A stretch of DNA of 64,000 nt from Octopus sinensis (lineage: Eukaryota): NCBI RefSeq assembly GCF_006345805.1, contig NC_043018.1:18848001-18912000 (forward strand), given 5' to 3'. Shown here one piece after another: positions 40,357-56,602 of the stretch. Numbering within the stretch: position 1 is the first letter of the stretch; each line of letters starts with the position of its first letter. A model generated the notes under the pieces. It was not told the origin of the DNA. It saw only the letters and a program-made list of their open reading frames with translations, and did not search any database. The position numbers and the translations under genes are program-made.

Positions 40357-40590
40357 GTAGGTAGGTAGGTAGGTAGGTAGGTAGGTAGGTAGGTAGATAG
40401 GTAGGTAGGTAGGTAGATAGATATATAGATAGATAGATAGGTAGGTAGGTAGGCAGATAGGTAGATAGACAGACAGATGAACAAATAGATAGGTAGACAG
40501 TTACAGAGGTAAGCAGGGAGAGAGAAGAGCAAAGGAGAAGGTAGAAGAAATCTTACCTGAATACACACACACACCACACACACACACTTA
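37070..40590. repeat. Microsatellite-rich tandem duplication (about 1.57-kb unit x2 plus a ~350-bp partial copy)
   Basis: The unique block catcatgtgcacatacaaatatg...gagtaaacacaccacag recurs at about 37152, 37492 and 39058. The block gtgtgtaaaggtg...ttcaatag recurs at 38041 and 39604. (CA), (TACA), (GATA) and (GGTA) tracts lie between them. Confidence 0.92.
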
Positions 40591-40977
40591 GAACCCTTTC
40601 GTAGGTGCCATAACCCCATAACCTCAAGACCCTGAATTAGTTACAAGAAACAAGCAGTAGAGTTGAAATTTCTTCAAAACCATCCAGAGATTATTTCAAT
40701 TGCATGCAATTTATTATCAAAAGATGCCAATTAAATAAATTGTGAGATGTTTGGTGCCAAGACTTGAGAAAATGGTTTCATGAAAACAGATCAAAATTAT
40801 CAAAAGTGAAGAACTAAGAGAGGAGTGTGGTGCATTCTACCAATGAATGGAAATCACAGAAATTTTATGCCAAATTAGAATTTTAAATTCTTTAAATAGT
40901 AACACAGAAAACTGTAAGGATTCCTTTGAATAATGTCTCTCATATAACACACCTATCATTTAATATATGCAGGAATT

Positions 40978-41610
40978 AAGGTAATGAGCTGGCAGAATCA
41001 TTAGCACACTGAGTGAAATATTTAGCAGCATTTCGTCTGTCTTTACATTCTGAGTTCAAATTCTGTCAGGGTTGACTTTGCCTTTCATCCTTTTAGGGGT
41101 TGATAAAATAAGTACCAGTTGAGCAATGGGGTTGGTGTAAGTGACTTAATTCTTTCCCCGAAACGACTGGCCTTGCGCTGTGATTTGAAACCAATAAATG
41201 CAGGATTTAAAATTGAGCCCATAACAGTCCTATAGTTGAGTGAGCTTATACAGTGTGCCGTGTACAACAGGGTAATCTTTCAGTTGAGCCTGTAGTTTCA
41301 GGCTCAACTACACAACACACAGTGCAAGCTCACTTGGTTGTAGTGTGATCTCAAGCATGAAACTTAAAGTAGATCAGTGTTAAATCCTGTTTGTATCTGT
41401 TTCAAATTGTAACACAAGGCCAGCAATTTCAGGAGAAGGGATAAATCCATTACATCAACCACAGAATACAACTGGTACTTATTTTATCAAGCCCAAAAAG
41501 ATGAAAATCAAATCAGCCTAAGCAACATTTGAACTCAGGACACAAAATCAGAGGAAATGGTGCTAAACATTTTGTCCAGTGTGCAAACAGTTCTGCCAAC
41601 TCACAGCTTT
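40978..41610. mobile_element. Inverted pair of SINE family B copies (40978-41195 +, about 41400-41610 -)
   Basis: Family B head and core on opposite strands. Confidence 0.78.
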
Positions 41611-42425
41611 AAATCCTTTTTATATTGAATTCCATGTTGGCAGATAGTTCAGCAGGGTCCAACAAACTGCAGGGCTGCATCAGGGTCCGGTAGAAAAGAC
41701 AAAGAGATGGGACAGTACTCTTGTGGGTAAGTGACTGAAGCGTGACTATTAGAGAATTAATGCCAATCTGCCGAGTGGGCCTTCTCAAGATAAAGAGGGA
41801 TTATCTTTTAGATTATGGAACTCTCCGTACTCTGTTAGCAGTGCTATACTGTATTTATGGAGCAGTCCATTTAGTTGCTAGCAGGTAACATAGGGTGGAA
41901 TAATTCACCTCTTTAAAGTAGCAGCAACATAGAAGAACAATTGAAAAGATGTTTTGTTAACCCATCATTTTGAATTTGGATTCTTCTGGGGTGCGGTGGG
42001 GTGGGGGGTGGTACATGAGAAAAGTATTAAAAGAATGACTCTTGTATGCTTCCACCACCATCACCTGCTGCTACAGCTACTACAAAGACAACCACTACTA
42101 CTACTACTAATACCACCTGTGTTACCTCTCCTACCACCACCACCTTCACTCAGAATGGATTTGATGATACACCATGATAATGATAAGCCTGTTTGACACT
42201 GTGGTGCCATCAGTAACAGTCAGAAATATCACATGACTAGAAATATAAAATAGACTAACGAAAAAAAGCAATAAATATATGCAAAAAAAAAATAAAGGAA
42301 ATTAACTTTCTAAGAAAAAAAAGTGTCCTCGTACTAAAAACTACTTGTCTGTGTATTCTGTGCCATTTCTAAAGAACAAAATAAAAACATTTTGTTGGGG
42401 GGAGGGGGTTGTCAGAGACACTAGT

Positions 42426-43161
42426 TTAAGCATTTAGCATTCAGATTCCTCTGTAATGTAATTCTTATTTATTTATGGTGTTTTAAATTAATCATGCATT
42501 ATTTCAGAGCCTTGATGGGTTCAATGATAGTGTTGCTTATTTTGAGATTGACATTGTAGGGTAAGTGTGAGAAGTCAGAGCCATCCACTTTGAACATTAA
42601 ACAGGGAAAATATTGGAACTGGATATGGTCAGTTAAACCCTTTTGATGCCAACCTGGCTGAAAATGCCTCTGGCTCTGACTGAGTACAAATGTCTTGTTT
42701 TCAAAAGTTTTGAATTAAAATCTTCCACCAAACCTTTGTCACAATTTATGTTCCTAACACTAGCTTAACGATAACTAAGTTATTTTACTAAATTCTTTGT
42801 TATATTTTAAATTAATTGAAAGAAACGCAGAGCATCTCAACAGAAATATGGTAACAAAAGGGTTAAAATATATAATAGAGAAACAATTCTTAACCCTTTT
42901 GATACCAACCCGGCTGAAACCGGCTCTGGCTCTGTAGTACAAATGTCTTGTTTTCAAAAGTTTTGAATTAAAATCTTCCACCAAACCTTTGTCACAATTT
43001 ATGTTCCTAACACTAGCTGAATGATAACTAAGTTATTTTACTAAATTCTTTCTTATATTTAAAATTAATTGAAAGAAACACAGAGCATCTCAACAGAAAT
43101 ACGGTAACAAAAGGGTTAAAATATATAATAGAGAAACAATTCTTAAATGCTAAATGGTTAA
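42426..43161. mobile_element. TTAA-type MITE (family II) containing a nested dimer of MITE family I (42633-43146)
   Basis: The outer parts match the uninterrupted element at 59930-60160. The insert sits at the internal TTAA of ggtcagt-TTAA-atgctaaa. Confidence 0.78.
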
Positions 43162-43379
43162 AATCTAATGAAAGCATCTAAACAAGAGACCAGCCATTCT
43201 GTCTATTTGCCATTCAGTTTTCTGTGGTACTATGGTACTTTATAAATTGTGAGTTTTTTTTTTTTTTTTAAAAAGTTTATAAGCTTTTCTTGAAATTACT
43301 GCAGAAAACTAAAAACTGGTTAGAACAGTCCTTATCACTTCAAATTCTACTTCAAAAGCTTTAAGATAAATATACAAAC

Positions 43380-46012
<2,633 letters not shown>

Positions 46013-46589
46013 AGTCAAAGCATAGAATACAACAAAATAAAGCAAACATTACAAACATCGAAAGCATATTTAACAGGTATTGAGTCCTTTTTTTTCTGAC
46101 AGAAGTCTTAAAGCTTATATTAAAGGCAATACACAAGAGGAAAAGAGGTACAAAATAATAATAAAATTCAATAACAATAATGATGATAATAAAATTAATA
46201 ATAATAATAATGCCAAAATTAAATAATAATAACAATATAGAAATTAAATAATAATAACAATTATATAAAAAATAAATAAGAATAATAATATAAAATTAAA
46301 TATTAATAATAATATAATAATAATAATAATAATATAAAAATTAAATAATAATAATAATGGTAATATGAAAATTAAATAATAATAGTAGTAATATATAAAC
46401 ATTAAATGATAATAATAATAGTAATAATTATATAAAAATTAAATAATAATAATAATAGTAATAATCATATAAAAATTATGATTATTATACAAAAATTAAA
46501 TAATGATAATGATAATAATTATTAAAAAATTAAATAATAATAATAATAATAAAAATATAAATATTAAATAATAATAATGATAATAAAGT

Positions 46590-49500
46590 TTTAAAATTTT
46601 GGGGAAAAATTTTCGGTGAAGATTTTCGAAAAATTTTGGGGATAATTTTCGGTGAAAATTTTCTAAAAATTTTTGGGGATAATTTTCGGTGAAAATTTTC
46701 TAAAAATTTTTGGGGATAATTTTCGGTGAAAATTTTCGAAAAATTTTTGCATAAAATCACAAAGTATGGAAGGCAAGTAGTGCCAAAATCAAAAAGTATG
46801 GAAGGCCAGCGGTACCCAAATCACAAAGTATGGAAAGTCAGCGGTGTATGTATAGCAATTTTTGGGTAAAACTTTCGGTGAAAATTTTCGGAAAATTTTT
46901 GGGGAAAATTTTCGGAAAATTTTCGAAATATTTTTTGGTAAATTTTCACTAAAAATTTTTCGAAAATTTTACGATAATTTTCACCGAAAGTTTTACCCAA
47001 AAATTTTTCGGAAATTTTTACCAAAAATTTTACCCAAAAATTTTTCAGAAATTTTCACCAAAAATTTTTTGAAAATTTAACCCAAAAATTGCTATACTTT
47101 GTGATTTGGGCACCGCTGGCTTTCCATACTTTGGGATTTGGGCACCGCTGGGCTTCCATACTTTGTGATTTTGGCATCGTTGGCCTTTCATACTTTGTGA
47201 TTTTACACATAAATTTTTCGAAAATTTTCACCGAAAATTATCCCCAAAAATTTTCAAAAAATTTTCACCGAAAATTTTCCTCAAAAATTTTTCGAAAATT
47301 TTCACGGAAAATTTTCCTCAAAAATTTTTCGAAAATTTTCATCGAAAATTTTCCCCAAAAATTTTTCGAAAATTTTCACCAAAAATTTTTTGAAAATTTA
47401 ACCCAAAAATTGCTATACTTTGTGATTTGGGCACCGCTGGCTTTCCATACTTTGGGATTTGGGCACCGCTGGCCTTCCATACTTTGTGATTTTGGCATCG
47501 TTGGCCTTTCATACTTTGTGATTTTACACATAAATTTTTCGAAAATTTTCACCGAAAATTATCCCCAAAAATTTTCAAAAAATTTTCACCGAAAATTTTC
47601 ACGGAAAATTTTCCTCAAAAATTTTTCGAAAATTTTCATCGAAAATTTTCCCCAAAAATTTTTCGAAAATTTTCACGGAAAATTTTACCAAAAATTTTAC
47701 GAAAATTTTACCCAAAATTTTTGTATAGAATTTTCGAAAGATTTATTGGTAAAATTTTCGATGAAATTTTCATAAAATTTTTGGTGAAAATTTCCGAAAA
47801 ATTTTTGGGTAAAATTTTTGGTGAAAATTATCGTAAAATTTTTGGTAAAATTTACGGTGAGCATTTTCGAAAAATTTTTAGAAAAATTTTTGAGGAAAAT
47901 TTTCGGTGAAAATTCTTTGAAAATTTTCGAAAAATTTTTGTGTAAAATCACAAAGTATGAAAGGCCAACGATGCCAAAATCACAAAGTATGGAAGACCAG
48001 CGGTGCCCAATCCCAAAGTGTGGAAAGCCAGCGGTGCCCAAATCACAAAGTATAGCAATTTTGGGGTTAAATTTTCGGAAAATTTTTGGTGAAAATTTTC
48101 GAAAAATTTTTGGAGTAAATTTTTGGTGAAAATTTTCGGAAAATTTTTGGGCAAAATCTTCGGTGAAAATTTTCGAAAAATTTTTTGGTTAAATTTTCGG
48201 TGAAAATTTTGGAAAAATTTTTTGGTTAAATTATAGGTGAAATTTTTCGAAAAATTTTTGGTGAAAATTCCCGAAAAATTTTTGGGTAAAATTTTCGGTG
48301 AAAATTTTCGAAAAATTTTTGGGGAAAATTTTGGTGAAAATTTTCGGAAAATTTTTCTATAAAATTTTCAGTGAAAATTTTCGAAATATTTTTTGGTAAA
48401 ATTTTCGATGAAAATTTTCAAAAAATTTTTGGTGAAAATTTCCGAAAAATTTTTGGGTAAAATTTTCGGTGAAAATTATCGTAAAATTTTTGGTAAAAAT
48501 TTCGGTGAAAATTTTCGAAAAATTTTTGAGGAAAATTTTTGGGACAATTTTCTGTGAAAATTTTCGAAAAATCACAAATCACACAGTATTTTCACCGAAA
48601 ATTTTACCCAAAAATTTTTCGGGAATTTTCACCAAAAATTTTTCGAAAAATTTCACCGAAAATTTAACCAAAAAATTTTTCCAAAATTTTCACCGAAAAT
48701 TTAACCAAAAAATTTTTCGAAAATTTTCACCGAAGATTTAACCCAAAAATTTTTCCAAAATTTCACTGAAAATTTTACCCAAAAATTTTTCGAAAATTTT
48801 CACCGAAGATTTTGCCCAAAAATTTTCCGAAAATTTTCACCAAAAATTTACTCCAAAAATTTTTCGAAAATTTTCACCAAAAATTTTCCGAAAATTTAAC
48901 CCCAAAATTGCTATACTTTGTGATTTGGGCACCGCTGGCTTTCCACACTTTGGGATTGGGAACCGCTGGTCTTCCATACTTTGTGATTTTGGCATCGTTG
49001 GCCTTTCATACTTTGTGATTTTACACAAAAATTTTTCGAAAATTTTCATCGAAAACTTTATACAAAAATTCATCACAAAGTATGGAAGGCCAGCGGTGCC
49101 CAATCCTAAAGTATGGAAAGCCAGCGGTGCCCAAATCACAAAGTATAACAATTTTTGGGGTAAATTACCAAAAAATTTTTCGAACATATTCACTGAAAAT
49201 TTTACTCAAAAATTTTTCGAAAATTTTCACCAAAAATTTTCCGAAAACTTAACCCAAAAATTGCTATACTTTGTGATTTGGGTACCGCTGGCTTTCCATA
49301 CTTTGGGATTTGGGCACCGCTGGGCTTCCATACTTTGTGATTTTGGCATCGTTGGCCTTTCGTACTTTGTGATTTTACACAAAAATTTTTCGAAAATTTT
49401 CACCGAAAATTATCCCCAAAAATTTTCAAAAAATTTTCACTGAAAATTTTCCTCAAAAATTTTTCGAAAATGTTAACCGAAAATTTTCCTCAAAAAGTTT

Positions 49501-51118
49501 TCGAAAATTTTCACCAAAAATTTTACGAAAATTTTCATCGAAAATTTTACCCAAAAAATCTTTCGAAAATTTTCATCGAAAACTTTATACAAAAATTTTC
49601 CGAAAATTTTCACCAAAAATTTTACCCAAAAATTTTCACCGAAAATTTTTACCAAAAATTTATCCCAAAAATTTTTCGAAAATTTTCACCAAAAATTTTC
49701 CGAAAATTTAACCTAAAAATTGCTATACTTTGTGATTTGGGCACCGCTGGCTTTCCATACTTTGGGATTTGGGCACCGCTGGCCTTCCATACTTTGTGAT
49801 TTTGGCATCGTTGGCCTTTCATACTTTGTGATTTTACACAAAAATTTTTCGAAAATTTTCACCGAAAATTATCCCCAAAAATTTTCAAAAAATTTTCACC
49901 GAAAATTTTCCTCAAAAATTTTTCGAAAATTTTCACCGAAAATTTTCCTCAAATTTTTCGAAATTTTTCACCGAAAATTATCCCCAAAAATTTTCAAAAA
50001 ATTTTCACTGAAAACTTTCCTCAAAAACTTTTCGAAAATTTTAACCGAAAATTTTCCTCAAAAATTTTTCGAAAATTTTCACCGAAAATTTTCCCCAAAA
50101 ATTTTTCGAAAATTTTCACCAAAAATTTTATGAAAATTTTCATCGAAAATTTTACCCAAAGATTTTTCGGAAATATTCACCAAAAATTTTTTGAAAATTT
50201 TACTAAAAAATCTTTCGAAAATTTTCACCGAAAATTTTCACCAAAAATTTACCCCAAAAATTTTCCGAAAATTTTCACCAAAAATTGCTATACTTTGTGA
50301 TTTGGGCACCGCTGGCCTTCCATACTTTTTGATTTTTGCATCGTCGGCCTTTCATACTTTGTGATTTTACACAAAAATTTTTCGAAAATTTTCACCGAAA
50401 ATTATCCCCAAAAATTTTCAAAAGATTTTCAAAAAATTTTCAACGAAATTTTTCTCAAAAATATTTCGAAAATTTTCACCGAAAATTTTCCTCAAAAATT
50501 TTTCGAAATTTTTCACCGAAAATTTTCCCCGAAAATTTTTCGAAAATTTTCGCCGAAAATTTTACCAAAAATTTTACGAAAATTTTCATCGAAAATTTTA
50601 CCCAAAAATTTTTCGGAAATTTTCACCAAAAATTTTTTTAAAATTTTACCAAAAAATCTCTCGAAAACTTTATACGAAAATTTTCCGAAAATTTTCACCA
50701 AAAATTTTACCCAAAAATTTTTCGAAAATTTTCACCAAAAATTTATCCCAAAAATTTTTCGAAAATTTTCACCAAAAATTTTCCAAAAATTTGCGATTTG
50801 GGCACCGCTGGCTTTACATACTTTGGGATTTGGGCACCGCTGGCCTTCCATACTTTGTGATTTTGGCATCGTTGGCCTGTCATACTTTGTGATTTTGCAC
50901 AAAAATTTTTCGAAAATCTTAACCGAAAATTATCCCCAAAAATTTTCAAAAATTTTTCATCGAAAATTTTACCCAAAAATTTTTCGGAAATTTTCACCAA
51001 AAATTTACCCCAAAAATTTTCCATACTTCCATACTTTGTGATTTTGCACTGCTGGCCTTCCATACTTTGTGATTTTGGCACCGCTGGCCTTCCATACTTT
51101 GTGATTTTACACAAAAAT
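46590..51118. repeat. Composite higher-order satellite: ~12-bp AAAATTTT-based units plus cassettes of ~32-bp GC-richer units, with repeated orientation switches
   Basis: Units aaaattttcaccg / aaaatttttcg and catactttgtgatttgggcaccgctggccttc. Identical 68-aa translations occur on opposite strands (47948-48154 - and 48812-49018 +). Confidence 0.93.
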
Positions 51119-51119
51119 G

Positions 51120-51950
51120 TTTTCCACAAGGCCAGCAATTTCAGGGGAAGGGGTAAGTCAGTTATATCAACCCCAGTCTTTGACTGGTACTTGTTTTATC
51201 AACCCCACAAGGATGAAAGGCAAAGTCTGCCTCAGCAGTATTTGATCTCAATGTAAAATTGGAAGAAAACCAGGTGATTTCTCCCATACAGTAACACACC
51301 TGCCAGTTCACCACTTTAAAAAAATAATTATAATAACAAAAATAACATAATAAAATAATAAAATCAAATTATAATAGTAATATAATTAAATTGTGATAAT
51401 AAAATCGAAGAATAAAAAATTCTAAAAATAAAATAATGATCGTTTCAAATTTTGGCACAAGGCCAGCAATTTGGAGGTGTCAATTCTGTTGACCCCCATC
51501 CCCAACAGTTAACTGGTACTTATTTTATTGATCTCAAAGTTCACTTGAGCAGGATTTGAACTCAGAATGTAAAGAGTTGCAAGAAATGTAGCTGAGTATT
51601 AACAATTCTGACAGCTCCCCATCTTAACGACAGTAATAACGATAATGGTTTCAAATTTTGCCACTTTGGGGAGGGGGTGAGTCGACTACACCGACCCCAA
51701 GTGTTTGTTATAATCATTATTATTATGATCATTTCATAATGATAATAATAATAATAATCTTTTCTGCTGAAGGTACAAGGCCTGAAATTTGATGGGGAAA
51801 GGGCTAGTTGCACTGGTGCTTATTCTATTGACCCCTAAAGGATGAAAGGTAAAGTCGACCTTGGCAGAATTTGAACTCAGAATGTAGAGGTAGACAAAAT
51901 ACCACTAAATATTTCACTCAGTGTGCTAACAGTTCTGCCAGCTCGCCACC

Positions 51951-51991
<41 letters not shown>

Positions 51992-52270
51992 CCTTTCTAC
52001 TGGAAGCACAAGGCCTCAAATTTGGGGGAAGGGATTAAGTCGATTACATTGACCCCAGTGCATAACTGGTACTTATTTAAACGACCCCAAAAGGAGGAAA
52101 AGAAAAGTAGACCTCAGCAGAATTTGAACTCAGAACGTAGTGTGAGACAAAATACCACTAAGCATTTCACCCAGCATGCCTAACACCTTGAAAATGATAA
52201 TAATAATAATAGTAATAATAATGGTTTCAGATTTTGGCACAAGGCCAGCAATTTCGTGGGGTGGGGGCTA
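51120..52270 (-). mobile_element. Cluster of at least 4 degenerate SINE family B copies separated by (AAT)n
   Basis: Repeated cacaaggcc...aactggtacttatttt..cgacccc..aaggatgaaagg.aaagtcgacc...gaatttgaactcag. Confidence 0.8.
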
Positions 52271-52287
52271 GTCAAATAATAATAATC

Positions 52288-52330
<43 letters not shown>

Positions 52331-52431
52331 TAATAATGATAATAATAATAATAATAATAATGATATTAATAATAATAATAATAATGATAATAATGATAAT
52401 AATAATAATAATAATAATAATGATAATAATG

Positions 52432-52470
<39 letters not shown>

Positions 52471-52599
52471 GTCAAGACAAAGAGCGTGATTCAATTGTAA
52501 GTATTTTATCGAACGATATTTCAACAGTATGTCTGTCTTTGTTACGTTCAAAATAAGAAGTGATAAAAATTCAGAAATTCAAACGTAAAGTATGAATGA

Positions 52600-53022
52600 G
52601 AGCAAGTAGCGTCCACACGTTGATGGAATGACATCATCAGTTTTTTAAGTCTTTAACAGGCGAAAAGAAAGAAAGAAAAAAACAGAAAAAAGAAGACGAC
52701 AGAAAAAAAGGAAAGAAAAAGAGAGAAAGAAGAATATTTAATCAAACAGTTTTGTATAAATTTGATGATATTCTCCTGTCATCTTATTCATCCCTCCAGG
52801 GCGTGATGTTAATAACCCGCAAACATATTTCTCCTCATACACTCTGAGAAGTGAAAGCGAAAGTAGATTCAGAATATTTTCTGCTAATATGCACTTTCAA
52901 GTCTTCTTCAAAATTGCAGCCGCTTGAAACAAAATGTTCGGCAAGTTCTGTCAAGCTACTGTTATTGTGCCTGATGTCGAATCTGTGCCCATTAAACCTT
53001 TTGTTTAATTGTTCTGCAATTT
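52600..53022 (-). mobile_element. Penelope-like retroelement 3' remnant (GIY-YIG endonuclease C-terminus plus degenerate hammerhead core)
   Basis: LNKRFNGHRFDI...ELAEHF...DLKVHI, then EEKYVCGLLTSRPGGMN...LFD* (E..W...L.T..P.GLN pattern). CTGATGA occurs at 52640-52634 downstream. Confidence 0.72.
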
Positions 53023-53029
53023 TAGGAGA

Positions 53030-53660
53030 GGAATAAGCTGATTGCATCAACCCTAGTGTTCAACTGGTACTTGTTTTATCAACTCCAAAACAATGGAGGG
53101 CAGAGTCAACCTCAGCACTAAGTGAACTCGGAACATAAAGACAGACAAAATGCCATAAAGCCCAGTTTACCACCTTCAAGAATGAGACCAATATTCTTTC
53201 TACTAAAGGCACAAGGCCTGAAATTTGTGGGGAAGGGATGAGTCAATTACATCAACCCCAGTGATTCACAGGTGCTTAATTTATCGACCCCAAAAGGATG
53301 AAAGGCAAAGTTGACCTCAGCAGAATTTAAACTCAGAAAGTAGCAGCAGACGAATTACCTATTTCTATATTACCCACAAGGGGCTAAACATAGAGGGGAC
53401 AAACAAGGACAGACAAAGGGATTAAGTCGATTACATTGATCCCAGTGCACAACTGGTGCTTAATTTATCAACCCCAAAAGGATGAAAGGCAAAGTTGACC
53501 TCAGCAGAATTTGAACTCACAACATAACGGCAGACAAAATACCACTAAGCATTTCGTCCAGCGCGCTAACATTTCTGCCAGCTCGCCACCTTATCAGCAG
53601 ACGAAATACCGCTAAGCATTTCACCCGGCATGCTAATGATTCTGCCAGTTTGCTGTCTTA
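53030..53660 (-). mobile_element. SINE family B tandem cluster
   Basis: Three cores and a duplicated head (ctgccagctcgccacctta). Confidence 0.82.
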
Positions 53661-56352
53661 GAATGAGACCAATATTGATGGCTCTCTAATGCTGTTTCTG
53701 TCACTCCACTGACTTCAACATTTATAGAATTATTTGAAACCAAAACACCGACCTATCTGACCATCAAAAACTTTTGGCTGTTAAGAGAAGTTTAGTGAGT
53801 CGAAGAAATGCTTCCATGTTCTTTATGTTATTCCATTATCAGACGGACAGGTTCAAAGTAAACCAGCATAATAACTGTCTGTTTACAGGTCAGGAGATTT
53901 CTCTCTTGTTTCCAGTTCAAAACTCAAAACAGAAATCAATAGAAATCGACATATTTATAGTAAATCTATTCATGTTTTCCAAATTTCTCTTTCATCTGAA
54001 GACATAATGATAATGTGCCAGCTTGGTTTGGGTAATCACTGCATCTTTCACTTAAGACCTTATTATTTTAATGGAAAAAAAAAAAAGAAAATCTTGTTTC
54101 TAAACCACATGGTGTCACTACCATTTAAGAGAGAGGCAGGTTGAATGAAAACCAAGAGAAATTATTGCCAAAAATGTGACAAATATGAAGAAATGGTTGT
54201 TGGCAACAGAATGGTACTGCTGATATTAATAAGGAGAATGTCTTTTTATGAGATATTTGGCTGTCTTTTGAAAATGGGTGGAATATAGATTGCTTGAGTT
54301 TGGTGATTCAGCTAAACTTCATTCTTAGCAATAATATTTACTAATTCCTACAATCTTTAGAATAATAAGACAAGATCCATGGCTAATTGGAATTTGAAAC
54401 AAGATTAGCTTCTTTCAGGATATCTGGTCGTTTCATAATATATTCAACTCCAAGAGAAGTTTGAAATGGTATCATGATAATTCTTGACAAGGTTCGACAG
54501 AATGGTCTCACCCACTGTTTTTACCAGATATGGAAGCTTTAGAATTCTAAGAAATTGGAAGCTGTAACACTTATAATCTTCCCAATGCTAAGAACATTAA
54601 TTTATTGCTATAGCAACAGCGTCTCTGTCTGTCTGTCTGTCTGTCTGCATCACTGTTCCAAAAGCAAGGAACGGTTAAAAGTTTTACATGGCATCAAAAG
54701 TGAACAGGAGTAAAAGATGTGAGGAGAAGAAATGTCGACACTCTTTTATCACTGATTCATATTGTTAACTATCTCTCCTTTCTATTAACCTCTTCTCCCA
54801 AACAACTTCTTGAAATTATTCCTACATACCTAGTATTCTACCCCTCAACACAAAGAACCTCTCTACCACCACCTATCATTTAGTGTCCCCCGTAAGTCTT
54901 TATGCCACAGATCCTCCCACAAAGAAATAAAAGAAACAACGTATTACTGTCAGACTTGAAACCCTATCACCGAGTTTAAATAAACGTTTCTCTCTTTACT
55001 CCTTCACCCACTCTTACAACAGTCATTTCTGCTTTATCCTTTATCTCTTCTCTCTCTCTCTCTCCAATTTTCCCTGACACCCCTCATCCTTGCCCAACAT
55101 TTCTTCCTCCTTTTATTTCTCTCTCACTACTATTTCTCCGAACATAACGCTTTCATCTTGTTTTGAGTTCCCAATCAGTTTCTGCTATTTGCTTTGATGA
55201 AGAAAAGGTAAAACTCTTGAGTCTTTCCTTTTCTCTCTTGTCTTTTATTTCAAACCTGAAGGAGGAACTCTACCCAAAATGTCAGAAACGCCACCTCCCA
55301 AAGTGAAGTTACGTTATTCTTCCTTCCTTCTTCCCTCCTACATACATACACCCCACCACACACACACACACACACTCAGATGCTATTTAGAAGCGGGTGA
55401 AAATTATAAAGTAATAAATTGTATATTTTGGTTTTTTTATTGTTTCGCACCTACTGTGTTATATTTTTATTTGTTTATTCTTGTTGTTGTTTTTATCATT
55501 CTTGCCCCTTCCCCCTCCACCCATAAATCATCCACCATAATTGCAAATCTCTCTTAATTAGCGAATATTCTCAGATAGAAAGCAATTTTGTCTGAACTCC
55601 AGAATAAGTCAATCTTCATCATACAACAAAGCATCAGATTAATAATTTCAAGATATTAACTCTCTTTAGTTACGACAATCCAGTTCTTTCACATAGAAAC
55701 AAACAAAAACTGTTGTTATTATTTTGATGTTACCATAATACTTCCTACAACACTTTTTAACACATTAACATACACACACACCTACTCACTTAGAAACCCA
55801 TACCCAACAAGAGATACACACACATGCATCCATCCACAGAAACACCCACACACACCCATATCTATCCAAACATACCCTGTCACACATACACCATCCATCC
55901 ACACACACACACACACACACCACACACATACACACACACACATACACACACACACACATATACCATCTTCCATTCCCGATAATAACAAAGACAGGACTGA
56001 AGAGACCAATATTATCAAAATTATTGGCAATAAAGTAGCAGACTTTATTGAATAAAGATTCTGACAAATAACATTAGAAGAGACCAAAGTGTTTGGAAGA
56101 GATAATCTAGAAGATTCAATAACTACTTTGATGCTGCTGCTGCTGATGCCATTCAGTACAACACAGCGCCACCTTCTTTGACAGTTTTGTTCAAATATGA
56201 AACTGCAATGCTACCGTATATGTTTGAAGCAGCCCAAAGCCATTCACAAAGGCTGGTGTTCAGCACCAGGCCCACAGGATTAAATGACCATCAGGGATAA
56301 ATAAACCTCAAAATATCCCTGAATAGGGTACCATTCCATCTTATACAACATT

Positions 56353-56569
56353 ACTCTTTTACTCTTTTACTTGTTTCAGTCATTTGACTGCGGCGGCCAT
56401 GCAGGAGCACCGCCTTTAGTCGAGCAATTCGACCCCGGGACTTATTCTTTGTAAGCCCAGTACTTATTCAATCGGTCTCTTTTGCTGAACCGCTAAGTGA
56501 CGGGGACGTAAACACACCAGCATCGGTTGTCAAGCAATGCAAGGGGGACAAACACAAACACACACACAT

Positions 56570-56602
<33 letters not shown>

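Noticed and set aside
46530-51138. F/K/N/I-rich ORFs up to 228 aa and repeat/spacer-like cassettes
   Set aside because: They are satellite translations, open on both strands because the units lack stop codons. The inter-cassette sequence is itself repetitive and does not consist of unique spacers.
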